NCBI GenBank assembly: GCA_036677065.1
Contig: JAKFBS010000001.1
Coordinates: 512,001 to 576,000, forward strand
Source of the DNA: Bdellovibrio sp.
GTDB taxonomy: Bacteria > Bdellovibrionota > Bdellovibrionia > Bdellovibrionales > Bdellovibrionaceae
Direction: 5' to 3'
Length of the DNA: 64,000 nucleotides
Of this stretch, positions 10,323 to 19,169 are shown one piece after another. A model generated the notes under the pieces. That model was not told where the DNA came from and ran no database searches. It saw nothing but the letters and a program-made list of their open reading frames with translations. Each line of letters starts with the position of its first letter. Within the stretch, counting starts at the first letter, position 1. Made by a program: the position numbers and the translations under genes.

Positions 10323-10925
10323 ATGACGACAATGCGTTTTTTTATGATCGGTTCTTGGACCGAGGGGATGTTTCATTTTCAGAAACTAATGCCCTTTATA
10401 GTATCATACGAACCAGCAACAATTCAGGCAACAGCGTATCGTTTACCGGTGGGATTTCCAGTTATCACTGAAGAAAAAGCCGCCACAATTCATGGTCAAA
10501 TCATTGAATTAAATGCGGATGCAACTCTGTTAGCGTTAATGGACACTCTGCACGGTGTAAAAGCAGCTGATCCAACAAAGGGTCTGCACTATCGCACTCA
10601 AGCCCAGGTGACCAAAAATTCAGGGCAAACTGACACAGCCGAAGTTTATTTTTATAATCCAAAAAAATTGACAGCAAAAGCAGCAGTTATTGCCGACGGT
10701 TTATGGAAGCAGTCTTTAGAAGAGCAGCAACCATTGCCATTACAGTTAACTGAAAAGCAAAAAACCTATGTGCTTAAATTAGGTGCTGTTAAAGGTCGTG
10801 ATATTATTCCGATCAATGATCTTACCTTATATCGTGAATTAATGAAATTAGAGTTGATCGTTGATAAAGGCCGCCGTTTGGCATTGAGTTCTTTAGGCAA
10901 AGAAGTTTATAACCATCTTGTTTAA
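10323..10925 (+). CDS. Gamma-glutamylcyclotransferase (AIG2/GGCT)-like protein with C-terminal winged-helix-like extension
   Basis: Degenerate F-x-Y-G-T/S start (FFMIGSW), GFP, IHGQII, MDTLHG, YR...V and AEVYFY follow the GGCT fold. The last ~60 aa resemble a wHTH (LTEKQ...ELMKLELIV...LALSSLG). Confidence 0.65.
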   Translation: MTTMRFFMIGSWTEGMFHFQKLMPFIVSYEPATIQATAYRLPVGFPVITEEKAATIHGQIIELNADATLLALMDTLHGVKAADPTKGLHYRTQAQVTKNSGQTDTAEVYFYNPKKLTAKAAVIADGLWKQSLEEQQPLPLQLTEKQKTYVLKLGAVKGRDIIPINDLTLYRELMKLELIVDKGRRLALSSLGKEVYNHLV

Positions 10926-11404
10926 TGGACCATTTAAAACCGATCGATCCACTTTTTAGAATTGTTATTGTTGAACCGGAAATTCCACAAAATACCGGCA
11001 ATATCGGTCGCACCTGTGTGGGTGCGACTTGTGAACTTCACCTAATTAAACCCATGAGTTTTGAAATCACTGATTCGCAAGTTAAACGCGCGGGTCTTGA
11101 TTATTGGCCGCACCTGTCTTGGAAGATTCATGAAAATTTTAACGACTGGTATAATTCAGTCGAAGATAAAAGCCGCATTTTTTATATTGAAAACAAAGTA
11201 GAGCAAACTATCTATCAGGCGAACTTTAAAAGAGGCGATTGGTTAGTCTTTGGAAAAGAGACAAAAGGTTTGGACCCTGATTTGCTTATGTCTAATCTGG
11301 ATCGTGCCTATATGATACCACAAACAGGGCCAGTTCGCAGTTTGAACTTGGCCACAGCCGTGGCAATCACGATCTATGAAGGTTTTAGACAGGTGAATGT
11401 ATGA
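10925..11404 (+). CDS. trmL: tRNA (cytidine/uridine(34)-2'-O)-methyltransferase
   Basis: EPEIPQNTGNIGR, KRAGLDYW, FGKETKGL and RSLNLA SpoU/TrmL motifs; 159 aa. Confidence 0.93.
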   Translation: MDHLKPIDPLFRIVIVEPEIPQNTGNIGRTCVGATCELHLIKPMSFEITDSQVKRAGLDYWPHLSWKIHENFNDWYNSVEDKSRIFYIENKVEQTIYQANFKRGDWLVFGKETKGLDPDLLMSNLDRAYMIPQTGPVRSLNLATAVAITIYEGFRQVNV

Positions 11405-12246
11405 AAAAAATATTTTTAATTTTATTAGCGTTAACTGCATTTTCAAATATCGCTGAAGCAAAACGACCTTTAGTTTTATGGTTGCACGGCTGTTTGCAGT
11501 CGCCAGAAAGTTTTATCACTCAATCTAAAATCGAAGAATTAACTCAAGAAGTAAATCCAGTGATTTTAGCGCCTGAACAAAATATTTTTGCGAATCCTGT
11601 GAAATGTTGGAATTGGTTTTTACCAAGCTTACAAGATCGCAAAGCATTTATGGCTTCAGTGGTCTCTGATATTACCGCATTAGTTGATTCAGGTGTTGTT
11701 GATGCCAATAGAATTTATGTCGGCGGTTTTTCTGCAGGTGCGGTTTTATCGACGCATTTTGCTTTATGTTATCCAGAAATTTTTAAAGGCGCTTTGTTGC
11801 ATTCAGGGGCGCCGTTTAAATTCGTGCAAAGTTTATTTGGCGCGGGCAATGACGATGATTTGGCTTACGCTGGTTACGAGTGTGCAGATCACGTTTTACC
11901 TGCGAAATTAAACACAGTGACGATTTTTTCTGGTACTAATGATTTAATTTCAACCCCACGTGATAACAAATTAGTCTTAGAACAGTTTTTAGGTTTTTAC
12001 GATTTATCAGATGATCAATTATTAAATGATTCTTCAGTCGCTGCCGTCACCGTATCGACCACTGATCGCAAAGGCGATATCATCACTGATTATGTGATGC
12101 ACTCAGGATCACATGTGCGTTTTGTTTCAATCAAAGGTCTGCGTCACCAATTTAGCGGTGGTGATGAAAATAGTTTGGCAACTTCGCCTGAAACACTATC
12201 TGCAGTCGGCGCTTTTTTAAAGTGGACCGAGAATTTTACCAATTAA
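11401..12246 (+). CDS. Secreted PHB depolymerase-family alpha/beta esterase
   Basis: Signal peptide; LHGC oxyanion loop; PEQ...N..CWNWF; lipase box GFSAG; C-terminal GLRH. Confidence 0.8.
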   Translation: MKKIFLILLALTAFSNIAEAKRPLVLWLHGCLQSPESFITQSKIEELTQEVNPVILAPEQNIFANPVKCWNWFLPSLQDRKAFMASVVSDITALVDSGVVDANRIYVGGFSAGAVLSTHFALCYPEIFKGALLHSGAPFKFVQSLFGAGNDDDLAYAGYECADHVLPAKLNTVTIFSGTNDLISTPRDNKLVLEQFLGFYDLSDDQLLNDSSVAAVTVSTTDRKGDIITDYVMHSGSHVRFVSIKGLRHQFSGGDENSLATSPETLSAVGAFLKWTENFTN

Positions 12247-12281
12247 TAATTCATTTCAGGGTTAAAGACTTGTAAAGAGAT

Positions 12282-12336
12282 ACGTCAAAATGACGTTATA
12301 ATGGCGCTCAGGTTATGCTGTCTCAGTTCGAGACAG
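12282..12336. promoter_or_regulatory. Two spaced inverted repeats upstream of the fibre gene (ACGTCA-aaa-TGACGT; CTGTCTC-agttc-GAGACAG), candidate operators
   Basis: Both palindromes were read directly at 12282-12296 and 12318-12336. Confidence 0.4.
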
Positions 12337-12362
12337 AATTATCAAAATCGTCAAAAAAAAGC

Positions 12363-12389
12363 GCAATGTTTCTAAGAATTTACCGATAA
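12363..12389 (+). promoter_or_regulatory. Sigma28 (FliA)-like promoter of the fibre adhesin
   Basis: GCAATGTT-N11-ACCGATAA versus consensus TAAAGTTT-N11-GCCGATAA; the -10 ends 7 nt before the GTG start. Confidence 0.55.
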
Positions 12390-12396
12390 GTTAAGA

Positions 12397-15300
12397 GTGA
12401 AGAACGTATGCGGGACGCTTAGTCGATGGCTATTTATTTTTGTAAGTATTTTTATACTTGCGCCGAGCGTTTTTTCTGCAAACTACACTACCTATCAAGC
12501 CAAAATTGTTAAGCCCGATGGTTATCCGTTAGAATCAAACAACGTAAATTTTAAATTTACAATTTTAGAACCAAGCGGCAGTTGTATTTTGTATGCTGAA
12601 ACTTACAGTTCAGTGAACATGGCAAACACTGGTGGGTTGATTTCTTTTTCGCTTGGTTCTGGAGTTAAAACTTATCCGGTCAGTAGTCCGACATTTGTTG
12701 ATATTTTTAATAATGCGGTTGCTTCACATTCGTGTGATGCCGGCGGGCCAGTAAGTTATTCACCGAACTCTGATGACACCAGAAAAATCGTGATGCAATT
12801 TCATGATGGCAATGGTTGGCAAACTCTGCCAGCGATGACGATCAACGCCGTACCGTACGCGATGTATGCCAACGATTCACAACAATTAGGCGGCATAAGC
12901 GCAACAAATTATGTTCGCTATAGCACGATTCCAACTTGTACGGCATCGCAAGCGCTTCAGTATACGGGGGCAAGTTTTAATTGTGTGGCCCTGCCAGACT
13001 CTGGTGTGTTCAGTGCAGCTGATGTGGCAACTGCTTTAAGTTATACGCCAGCAAATGCAGTGAGTGTGACTTCGTTAAACAGCGAAATCGGCAATGTTTC
13101 TTCAACGGTGTATGCGGTATCATCGACAGTAAATAGTTTAACTGCAAATTTTTCAAGTTTACAAAACAGTGTTGCTGTTTCATTAGCGGCCATCACAAGT
13201 TCACAATGGGTAATGTCAGGCACAACTCTTTTTTATAATTCCGGTAATGTTGTAGTCTCTGGTGGTTTACGCATCAGTATGGATGTTGCGGCCTGTTCAA
13301 TAAATTTAGCAGGTGCCTTACGCTATAATTCAGGAGCTGTTGAGTATTGTAACGGAACAACCTGGACAGCCTTTGGAGTTTCTGGAGCCGGCTTGCAGGG
13401 ATTAAATGGTTCAACTTCAGGAACACAAACTTTTGCAATCGGAACAACGGGCACAGCGCCAACATTTGCAACAAATAATGGTGTGCACACTTTAAATATT
13501 CCATTAGCCAGCGCTGGATCAGTCACTGGTGGGTTATTATCTAACGCTGATTATTCAACATTTATGAATAAGATCACATCAAGTGCCGCAAGTATTGCGC
13601 AGGTGTTAGGTTTTACTCCGGCAAATAATGCAACGCTTGCCAATTATGCCGTACGTTCAAATAATTTAAGTGATTTAACTTCAAGTGCAACAGCACGCGC
13701 TAATTTAGGTGTTGGCTATATCGGTACTTTAACAACCGTAGATTTAAGTTCAGCCGATGTTAGCGGAACACTGGCGATTGCAAGAACGCCATCTTATATA
13801 GGTGATGTAACAAAAGCAGCAGCAAGTAATTCGTTAGTGTTATCAAGCACGGGTGTTGTGGCGGGTACATATAATAAAGTGACTGTCGATGCAAAAGGCC
13901 GTGTCATTTCAAGTTCTGCCTTAACAGCCAGTGATGTAAATACCGCTCTTACTTATACAGCCGCAAATAGTGCTACGGTATCATCATTAAATTCAAGCGT
14001 AATAGCTTCATTTACTTCGGTGGCAAATTCTTTGGCGACAATATCTGGTACTTTAAGTTCAAATGTAAGTTCACAGTGGACAACTTCTGGCGCAGCTATT
14101 TTTTATAATTCGAACGTAGGTGTGGGCACAGAGACACCAGCGGCCAAACTGCATATCTGGCGTTCAGGCGGAACAACTATTGGTGGATCTTCATCAGACA
14201 CGGCTAATGCTGGTTTATTGATTGAAGGCGGTGCCGCAGGAGCTATGGCTATTGATGGAAATGAAATTCAACAATTCGGGGATACTTTATTTTTGCGCGG
14301 TGAAAACGGAATTAACTTTGCTATCGGCGATGGCGCTGATGGTAACAGCACTACACCAATGTTGCTTAACTCTAATGGCCGACTAGGCGTTGGTACAACG
14401 AATCCACTGGTGCAAAATCACTTTCATAAAGTAACAACCATGGGAACGGTTGGAGCCTTAAATATTAATGCTGCGGTTCTTCGTATTTCAGAAGCAGCAA
14501 GTACTACATTAAATTTCGACGGCAATACTATTGTAGCTGAAGATGATTTATTTCTGGGTACAAAAGGTTCTGGTGTATTTCATTTAATCAGCAGTGATAC
14601 GGTTCGTGTTAATATTGCAAATACCGGTAACATAGGTGTGGGCGCAAACTTTATACCAACAGCCCGATTACATTTAGTTTCAGGTACGACAGCAGCAAAT
14701 TCAGCTCCCTTAAAATTTACTTCAGGAACTTTAATGACAGCGGCACAAGCTGGCGCGATGGAGTATGATGGTTTTGGATTTTATTTAACTGATGGTGCAG
14801 GCACTCGCCGAGTGATTGCCACCGCGACTCAGCCTGGTTCATTAGATAATGCTTCAATTATTAATTCGACCGGAAATATGAATTTGGTTCCGGTGGGATC
14901 AGTAATTGTATCAGCGACAACTCAATCTACGAATTCACAAACAGGTGCGCTAGTTGTCAAAGGCGGCTTAGGCGTTGCCGGAAATATTTTTGCTTCAGGC
15001 ACAATTATTACCTCATCAAATATTCAAGGCGCTTCGATCACAGCAACTAACGGCATGATTGCGCCGTACATTGCAGGCAGCATTGTATCTAGTGGTAGTT
15101 TAACTTTAGATTCAACGACTCATGCAACTAAAGGTAAAATTTTATTAGCGCCAAACGGGGGCTATGTCGGAGTAGGCACAGTCGTGCCAACAGAAAAATT
15201 TCACGTGGCAGGCAATGGTCTTTACAGGTCAAATGATACGATCTTAAAAGTTCAGGAATCAAATCATGCCTTAGGTTCGGCCCAGATACAGGTCGGCCAA

Positions 15301-18009
15301 AGTGATTGGTATGGATTTTTGAATTACGACACCGCTACCGATGTATTTACTATCGATACAGCGTTAAATGGTGTCACGACTGGTGCGGGCGGTATTCATA
15401 TTAAACACACAAGTGGAAATGTCGGAATCGGAACAAGCGCGCCAACCGAAGCCCTGCAAGTGAGTGGAGCGATCAGAGCTAATGCAGTTTTAAATTCGAC
15501 AAATGAAATCTTTGAAATAAATGCGGGCATAACTCTTACGGATTCTACAAATCCTGCGTTAGAACTTAGAACGACAGCTGCAGTCAGTGATGCGGGCGCT
15601 GTTCGTCTAACGATGGGTGAAACAGCTACATCTTTCATATCATTTGGAAAAGAAGTTGGTGGAGCTGCTAAATCCGATTACTTATATATAAACAATACGG
15701 GCAGCGTCGGCATTGGCACCGCTTCGCCTACACAGTCGCTTGATGTTATTGGTACAATTAAATTCGGTGCAGATACTGTGCGAGCTGGCCATTTAAAATC
15801 AGTTGGCAGCGGCTTGTCGCCAAATCCAGGATCTTCAGCTTTCGGTGCGATCGTCGAAGGTGCCAATGAAGGTCATTTAGTTTTAGATTTAAAGAATAAT
15901 CAAACAAATGATGCCATCGCTTTTCGTTATTCGGCAGCACAGAACATGGTGGTCGACACTGTCGGTTTGGTAATGAATGGTTCTGGTGAAGTCGGTATTG
16001 GAACAACAGTTCCAAGTTCAAAACTAGAAGTTGTAGTTAATAGCAGTGCTATTACTCCTGGATCAGGCAATGCCATTAAAATTTCAAATGCAGATCCGAC
16101 CCTTAACAATATGGCGGGTCTTATTTTTAATGCTTCTGTTACTGGTTCATCTGGCGCCGGTATGTATACAGCGTTTGAAGAACAGGACGCTTCCCCTGCT
16201 GCCAATCTTCGTTTTTACACCAACTCGGGTTCAGCATTTACTGAAAGGATGCGAATTTCAAAAGAAGGTAACGTCGGTATTGGTACAGCAACCCCAGGAG
16301 CGCAACTTGAAGTTGCGAATGGGGATATTAAAATTGGTACGAGCGGCAAAGGTATTGGTTTGACGCCTAATTCTCCTGCTACGCCAAGAGATATTACTTG
16401 GGACGGTACAGGAACTTTAATTCGCGACACTGGCTATGTAGATTTCTTAGCAGATTCTAATGGTGATGCATCCGGTGGTTTTAGATTTTATGCCAGCGGA
16501 ACTACTCGTGCCTCGGCAACACCTCTTGTAACTATAGGTTTGTCTGGCAACGTTGGTATTGGTACAAGTACCCCAACATACCCACTGCACGTTAGCGGTT
16601 CAGTTCGTGTCTACGGTAATATTTACGGCGGAGGAAACTCGGTCGGTACTCCTAGCGGTGAAACTAACGGCATGTGGGTTTATGGTCCAAGTTATTTAAA
16701 TTTTGGTATGTTCTATACTGAAGGTAATCCTGATAAAATCAGCATTTCTCCGAATGGCGGCGGAACATCTGTTCCGGTCATGGTCATTAGTGGAAACGGC
16801 AACATCGGTATAGGTACATCATCCCCAAGCGCTGCATTGAATGTAGTTGGCTCTGGTGGTGCTGATGATGACATTCATATTGATTCGTATTCTGATTCGC
16901 AAGAAGGAACCGTGATGTTAAGAAGAGCTCGCGGTACAGTGGCTTCGGCGACAACTTTACTTGCTGGTGACCGTCTTGGTTTTTATACCTTCAGAGGTTA
17001 CAACGGATCCGCCTTTGTAGATTTAGCACGTATGCAATCTACAACCGAGACTGATTTGAATGTGAGTCATACTGCAAATCTTCAATTCATTACGACTTAC
17101 AACGGTGCTAGCACAGAAAGAATGCGAATTACGGCTTCGGGCGCAGTAGGTGTCGGTACCGCTGCTCCGACTGCTGGGTATAGAATGGATGTTTTCGGTG
17201 ATTTGCAAGTTGGTAACGGCGGTGCTTCGCAGACAATACGATTTAGAACCGCAAATACAGACAGTGGTTTTATCAGATTTAATTCAACTGCAGATTCTGC
17301 AGGAAATTCGTCGTTAGAAATTGGTACGATGGATAATAATGATGAGCCGATTATTTTCACACAATCAGGCCTTGAAAGAATGCGTATTCATACAAATACA
17401 TATGTGGGTATTGGAACTGCAACTCCAACTACACACCTTGCCGTGAATTCAAGCGCAGGCTATACGATTATCTCAAATAAAAATTCTGCGGCCGGTGGAC
17501 AGGAATGGCGCTGGTATTCATCATCAACAGGTGCGCCACTTGGATCAGACTCAATGTGTTTCGGTCTTGGCACGTGTATCTTAAGTATTTATTCGAGCGG
17601 TAACGCTACATTAGCAGGAACTCTTACGCAAAGTTCTGATGTGCGTTTAAAACGCGAAATCAGTTCGATTCCTTACGCACTTGATGCAGTCACAAAACTT
17701 GATGGTGTGACGTACTTCTGGAAAGACTCAACAAAAGATGCAACCAAACAAATTGGTCTTATCGCCCAAGATGTGGAAAAAGTTTTTCCTGAAGCTGTGA
17801 AAACCAATGCCCAAGGATTTAAATCAGTGGCTTATCAAAACTTAGTAGCTCCGATCATCAATGCATTGCGCGAGATTCGTGAGTGGATGTTTGCAACTGA
17901 CGAACGCGTATCAGCTCTAGAAAAAGATAATGCTAAAATTAAAGCAGAAAATCAGATGCTTAAAGAATATCTTTGCGAAAAAGATCCATCAGCAAAAATC
18001 TGTAAGTAA
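12397..18009 (+). CDS. Phage-tail-fibre-like trimeric adhesin with C-terminal S74 intramolecular chaperone (Bdellovibrio MAT-type)
   Basis: Signal peptide; N-terminal TYQAKIVKPDG...AVPYAMYA domain; TYNKVTVDAKGRV fibre motif; about 12 G-x-(V/I)-G-(I/V)-G-T repeats; SDVRLKREI...QIGLIAQDVEKVFPEAV S74 domain followed by a coiled coil. Confidence 0.9.
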   Translation: MKNVCGTLSRWLFIFVSIFILAPSVFSANYTTYQAKIVKPDGYPLESNNVNFKFTILEPSGSCILYAETYSSVNMANTGGLISFSLGSGVKTYPVSSPTFVDIFNNAVASHSCDAGGPVSYSPNSDDTRKIVMQFHDGNGWQTLPAMTINAVPYAMYANDSQQLGGISATNYVRYSTIPTCTASQALQYTGASFNCVALPDSGVFSAADVATALSYTPANAVSVTSLNSEIGNVSSTVYAVSSTVNSLTANFSSLQNSVAVSLAAITSSQWVMSGTTLFYNSGNVVVSGGLRISMDVAACSINLAGALRYNSGAVEYCNGTTWTAFGVSGAGLQGLNGSTSGTQTFAIGTTGTAPTFATNNGVHTLNIPLASAGSVTGGLLSNADYSTFMNKITSSAASIAQVLGFTPANNATLANYAVRSNNLSDLTSSATARANLGVGYIGTLTTVDLSSADVSGTLAIARTPSYIGDVTKAAASNSLVLSSTGVVAGTYNKVTVDAKGRVISSSALTASDVNTALTYTAANSATVSSLNSSVIASFTSVANSLATISGTLSSNVSSQWTTSGAAIFYNSNVGVGTETPAAKLHIWRSGGTTIGGSSSDTANAGLLIEGGAAGAMAIDGNEIQQFGDTLFLRGENGINFAIGDGADGNSTTPMLLNSNGRLGVGTTNPLVQNHFHKVTTMGTVGALNINAAVLRISEAASTTLNFDGNTIVAEDDLFLGTKGSGVFHLISSDTVRVNIANTGNIGVGANFIPTARLHLVSGTTAANSAPLKFTSGTLMTAAQAGAMEYDGFGFYLTDGAGTRRVIATATQPGSLDNASIINSTGNMNLVPVGSVIVSATTQSTNSQTGALVVKGGLGVAGNIFASGTIITSSNIQGASITATNGMIAPYIAGSIVSSGSLTLDSTTHATKGKILLAPNGGYVGVGTVVPTEKFHVAGNGLYRSNDTILKVQESNHALGSAQIQVGQSDWYGFLNYDTATDVFTIDTALNGVTTGAGGIHIKHTSGNVGIGTSAPTEALQVSGAIRANAVLNSTNEIFEINAGITLTDSTNPALELRTTAAVSDAGAVRLTMGETATSFISFGKEVGGAAKSDYLYINNTGSVGIGTASPTQSLDVIGTIKFGADTVRAGHLKSVGSGLSPNPGSSAFGAIVEGANEGHLVLDLKNNQTNDAIAFRYSAAQNMVVDTVGLVMNGSGEVGIGTTVPSSKLEVVVNSSAITPGSGNAIKISNADPTLNNMAGLIFNASVTGSSGAGMYTAFEEQDASPAANLRFYTNSGSAFTERMRISKEGNVGIGTATPGAQLEVANGDIKIGTSGKGIGLTPNSPATPRDITWDGTGTLIRDTGYVDFLADSNGDASGGFRFYASGTTRASATPLVTIGLSGNVGIGTSTPTYPLHVSGSVRVYGNIYGGGNSVGTPSGETNGMWVYGPSYLNFGMFYTEGNPDKISISPNGGGTSVPVMVISGNGNIGIGTSSPSAALNVVGSGGADDDIHIDSYSDSQEGTVMLRRARGTVASATTLLAGDRLGFYTFRGYNGSAFVDLARMQSTTETDLNVSHTANLQFITTYNGASTERMRITASGAVGVGTAAPTAGYRMDVFGDLQVGNGGASQTIRFRTANTDSGFIRFNSTADSAGNSSLEIGTMDNNDEPIIFTQSGLERMRIHTNTYVGIGTATPTTHLAVNSSAGYTIISNKNSAAGGQEWRWYSSSTGAPLGSDSMCFGLGTCILSIYSSGNATLAGTLTQSSDVRLKREISSIPYALDAVTKLDGVTYFWKDSTKDATKQIGLIAQDVEKVFPEAVKTNAQGFKSVAYQNLVAPIINALREIREWMFATDERVSALEKDNAKIKAENQMLKEYLCEKDPSAKICK

Positions 18010-18163
18010 CAATTTTTACAATCTCAGTGACGTTAAATGTTTTTATTGAAGACTTGCTCTAGCGTGAGCGTGACGTAAAATCCAGTACAGCTGAAAAAAT
18101 TCTGGCCCCAATATTGTAAATGCATTTCCACGACGATTATTTTTTCGAAAGTTGTGGGGGGCC

Positions 18164-18973
18164 ATGAAACTTTTATTACTAACAGCCATTATTCTAGGAT
18201 TTCATTCACTATCTCAGGCGAATCAAATCACCGCATCTATTGTAACTAAACACAATGATCAGCTGGTGATGGTTTCTGAATCTGACCTTGAGTGGGGTTT
18301 AAATCAGGTTCCTTTTAATTCTTTAAAAAATTTGCAAATTAAAGGTACGTTTATGAGCGCAGAGCGCGCTATTTTGGTTTTTGATATCAATGAAACCGTT
18401 TCGAGCCCTGAAACTGTCGCGACTACTTTACAAACCCATGTATTAACGGTGCAGGAAAAGCTAGTGGCTGCTGAAATCGATCCAGCCACAGATATGGTTA
18501 AGGTTCTGCTTTCAGAATCAGGTGAAGTTTTAACCACAAACGCTGAATTAGTAGGCATAATTACTCAAGTAAGTGCTGCACATATAGGCAAGCAGCTGTT
18601 TTGGGCTGCTGATGGCCAGATTTTTACAACTGACGGGCAAAAAATTGGTCGCGTAACGATTGATGGAGTAGTCGTTACGATGGTCACGGATTTGAACAAA
18701 AAAATTGCGACGTTGACGGGCTCTGGCTCTGAAATCGTGATCACGGGCGAGAAAAAAGAATTCTTAGCTTCGATCGATGAACTTCAGGATCTCAACGCAC
18801 AACAAAAAGAAAATCCTGAATGGGTACCGGTCACCGATTTAAAAATTTCAAATCTAAGTTCTGTTTTGCAAATTGAATTCAGAAACAGCACAGAAGAAGA
18901 ATCATTTACTGTCTTTAAATTGGTTTCTCCTCTGGTGGTAAGCCAGATTAAAGAGAACCAAGCTAAAAATTAA
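18164..18973 (+). CDS. Secreted hypothetical protein
   Basis: GGGGG RBS-like run before ATG 18164; signal peptide ending SQA; no recognisable family. Confidence 0.7.
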   Translation: MKLLLLTAIILGFHSLSQANQITASIVTKHNDQLVMVSESDLEWGLNQVPFNSLKNLQIKGTFMSAERAILVFDINETVSSPETVATTLQTHVLTVQEKLVAAEIDPATDMVKVLLSESGEVLTTNAELVGIITQVSAAHIGKQLFWAADGQIFTTDGQKIGRVTIDGVVVTMVTDLNKKIATLTGSGSEIVITGEKKEFLASIDELQDLNAQQKENPEWVPVTDLKISNLSSVLQIEFRNSTEEESFTVFKLVSPLVVSQIKENQAKN

Positions 18974-19043
18974 GGCCTTTTTAAGTATTGAGCCAGACCA
19001 AAATCTGGTTCGCGAAAACACAATCATTCCCTGATGGTTTTCA

Positions 19044-19080
19044 GCCCCCATAGAGATTGGCTCTATGGGGGTATTTTTTA
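19044..19080 (+). terminator. Rho-independent terminator
   Basis: GCCCCCATAGAG-attgg-CTCTATGGGGGT 12-bp stem followed by ATTTTTTA. Confidence 0.8.
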
Positions 19081-19169
19081 TGGACCATTGGTGTATCGTG
19101 CCTTGCCCCAGGCCTGAATCAGCTCTAAGCTTATTTATTGTAAAACCCAGCAGGCTTAAGGCGGCATAC

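Noticed and set aside
13041..17360. Numerous short antisense and alternate-frame ORFs within the fibre gene, and similar ones inside other long CDSs
   Set aside because: They are shadow ORFs caused by codon bias, with no RBS or recognisable motifs.
12397..18009. Prophage (tail fibre gene)
   Set aside because: It has a Sec signal peptide, and there are no integrase, capsid, terminase or other tail genes nearby.
19065..19169. 35-aa N-terminal extension of SecA / SecM-like leader
   Set aside because: It begins inside a terminator hairpin, SecA homology starts at 19170, and no arrest motif was recognised.
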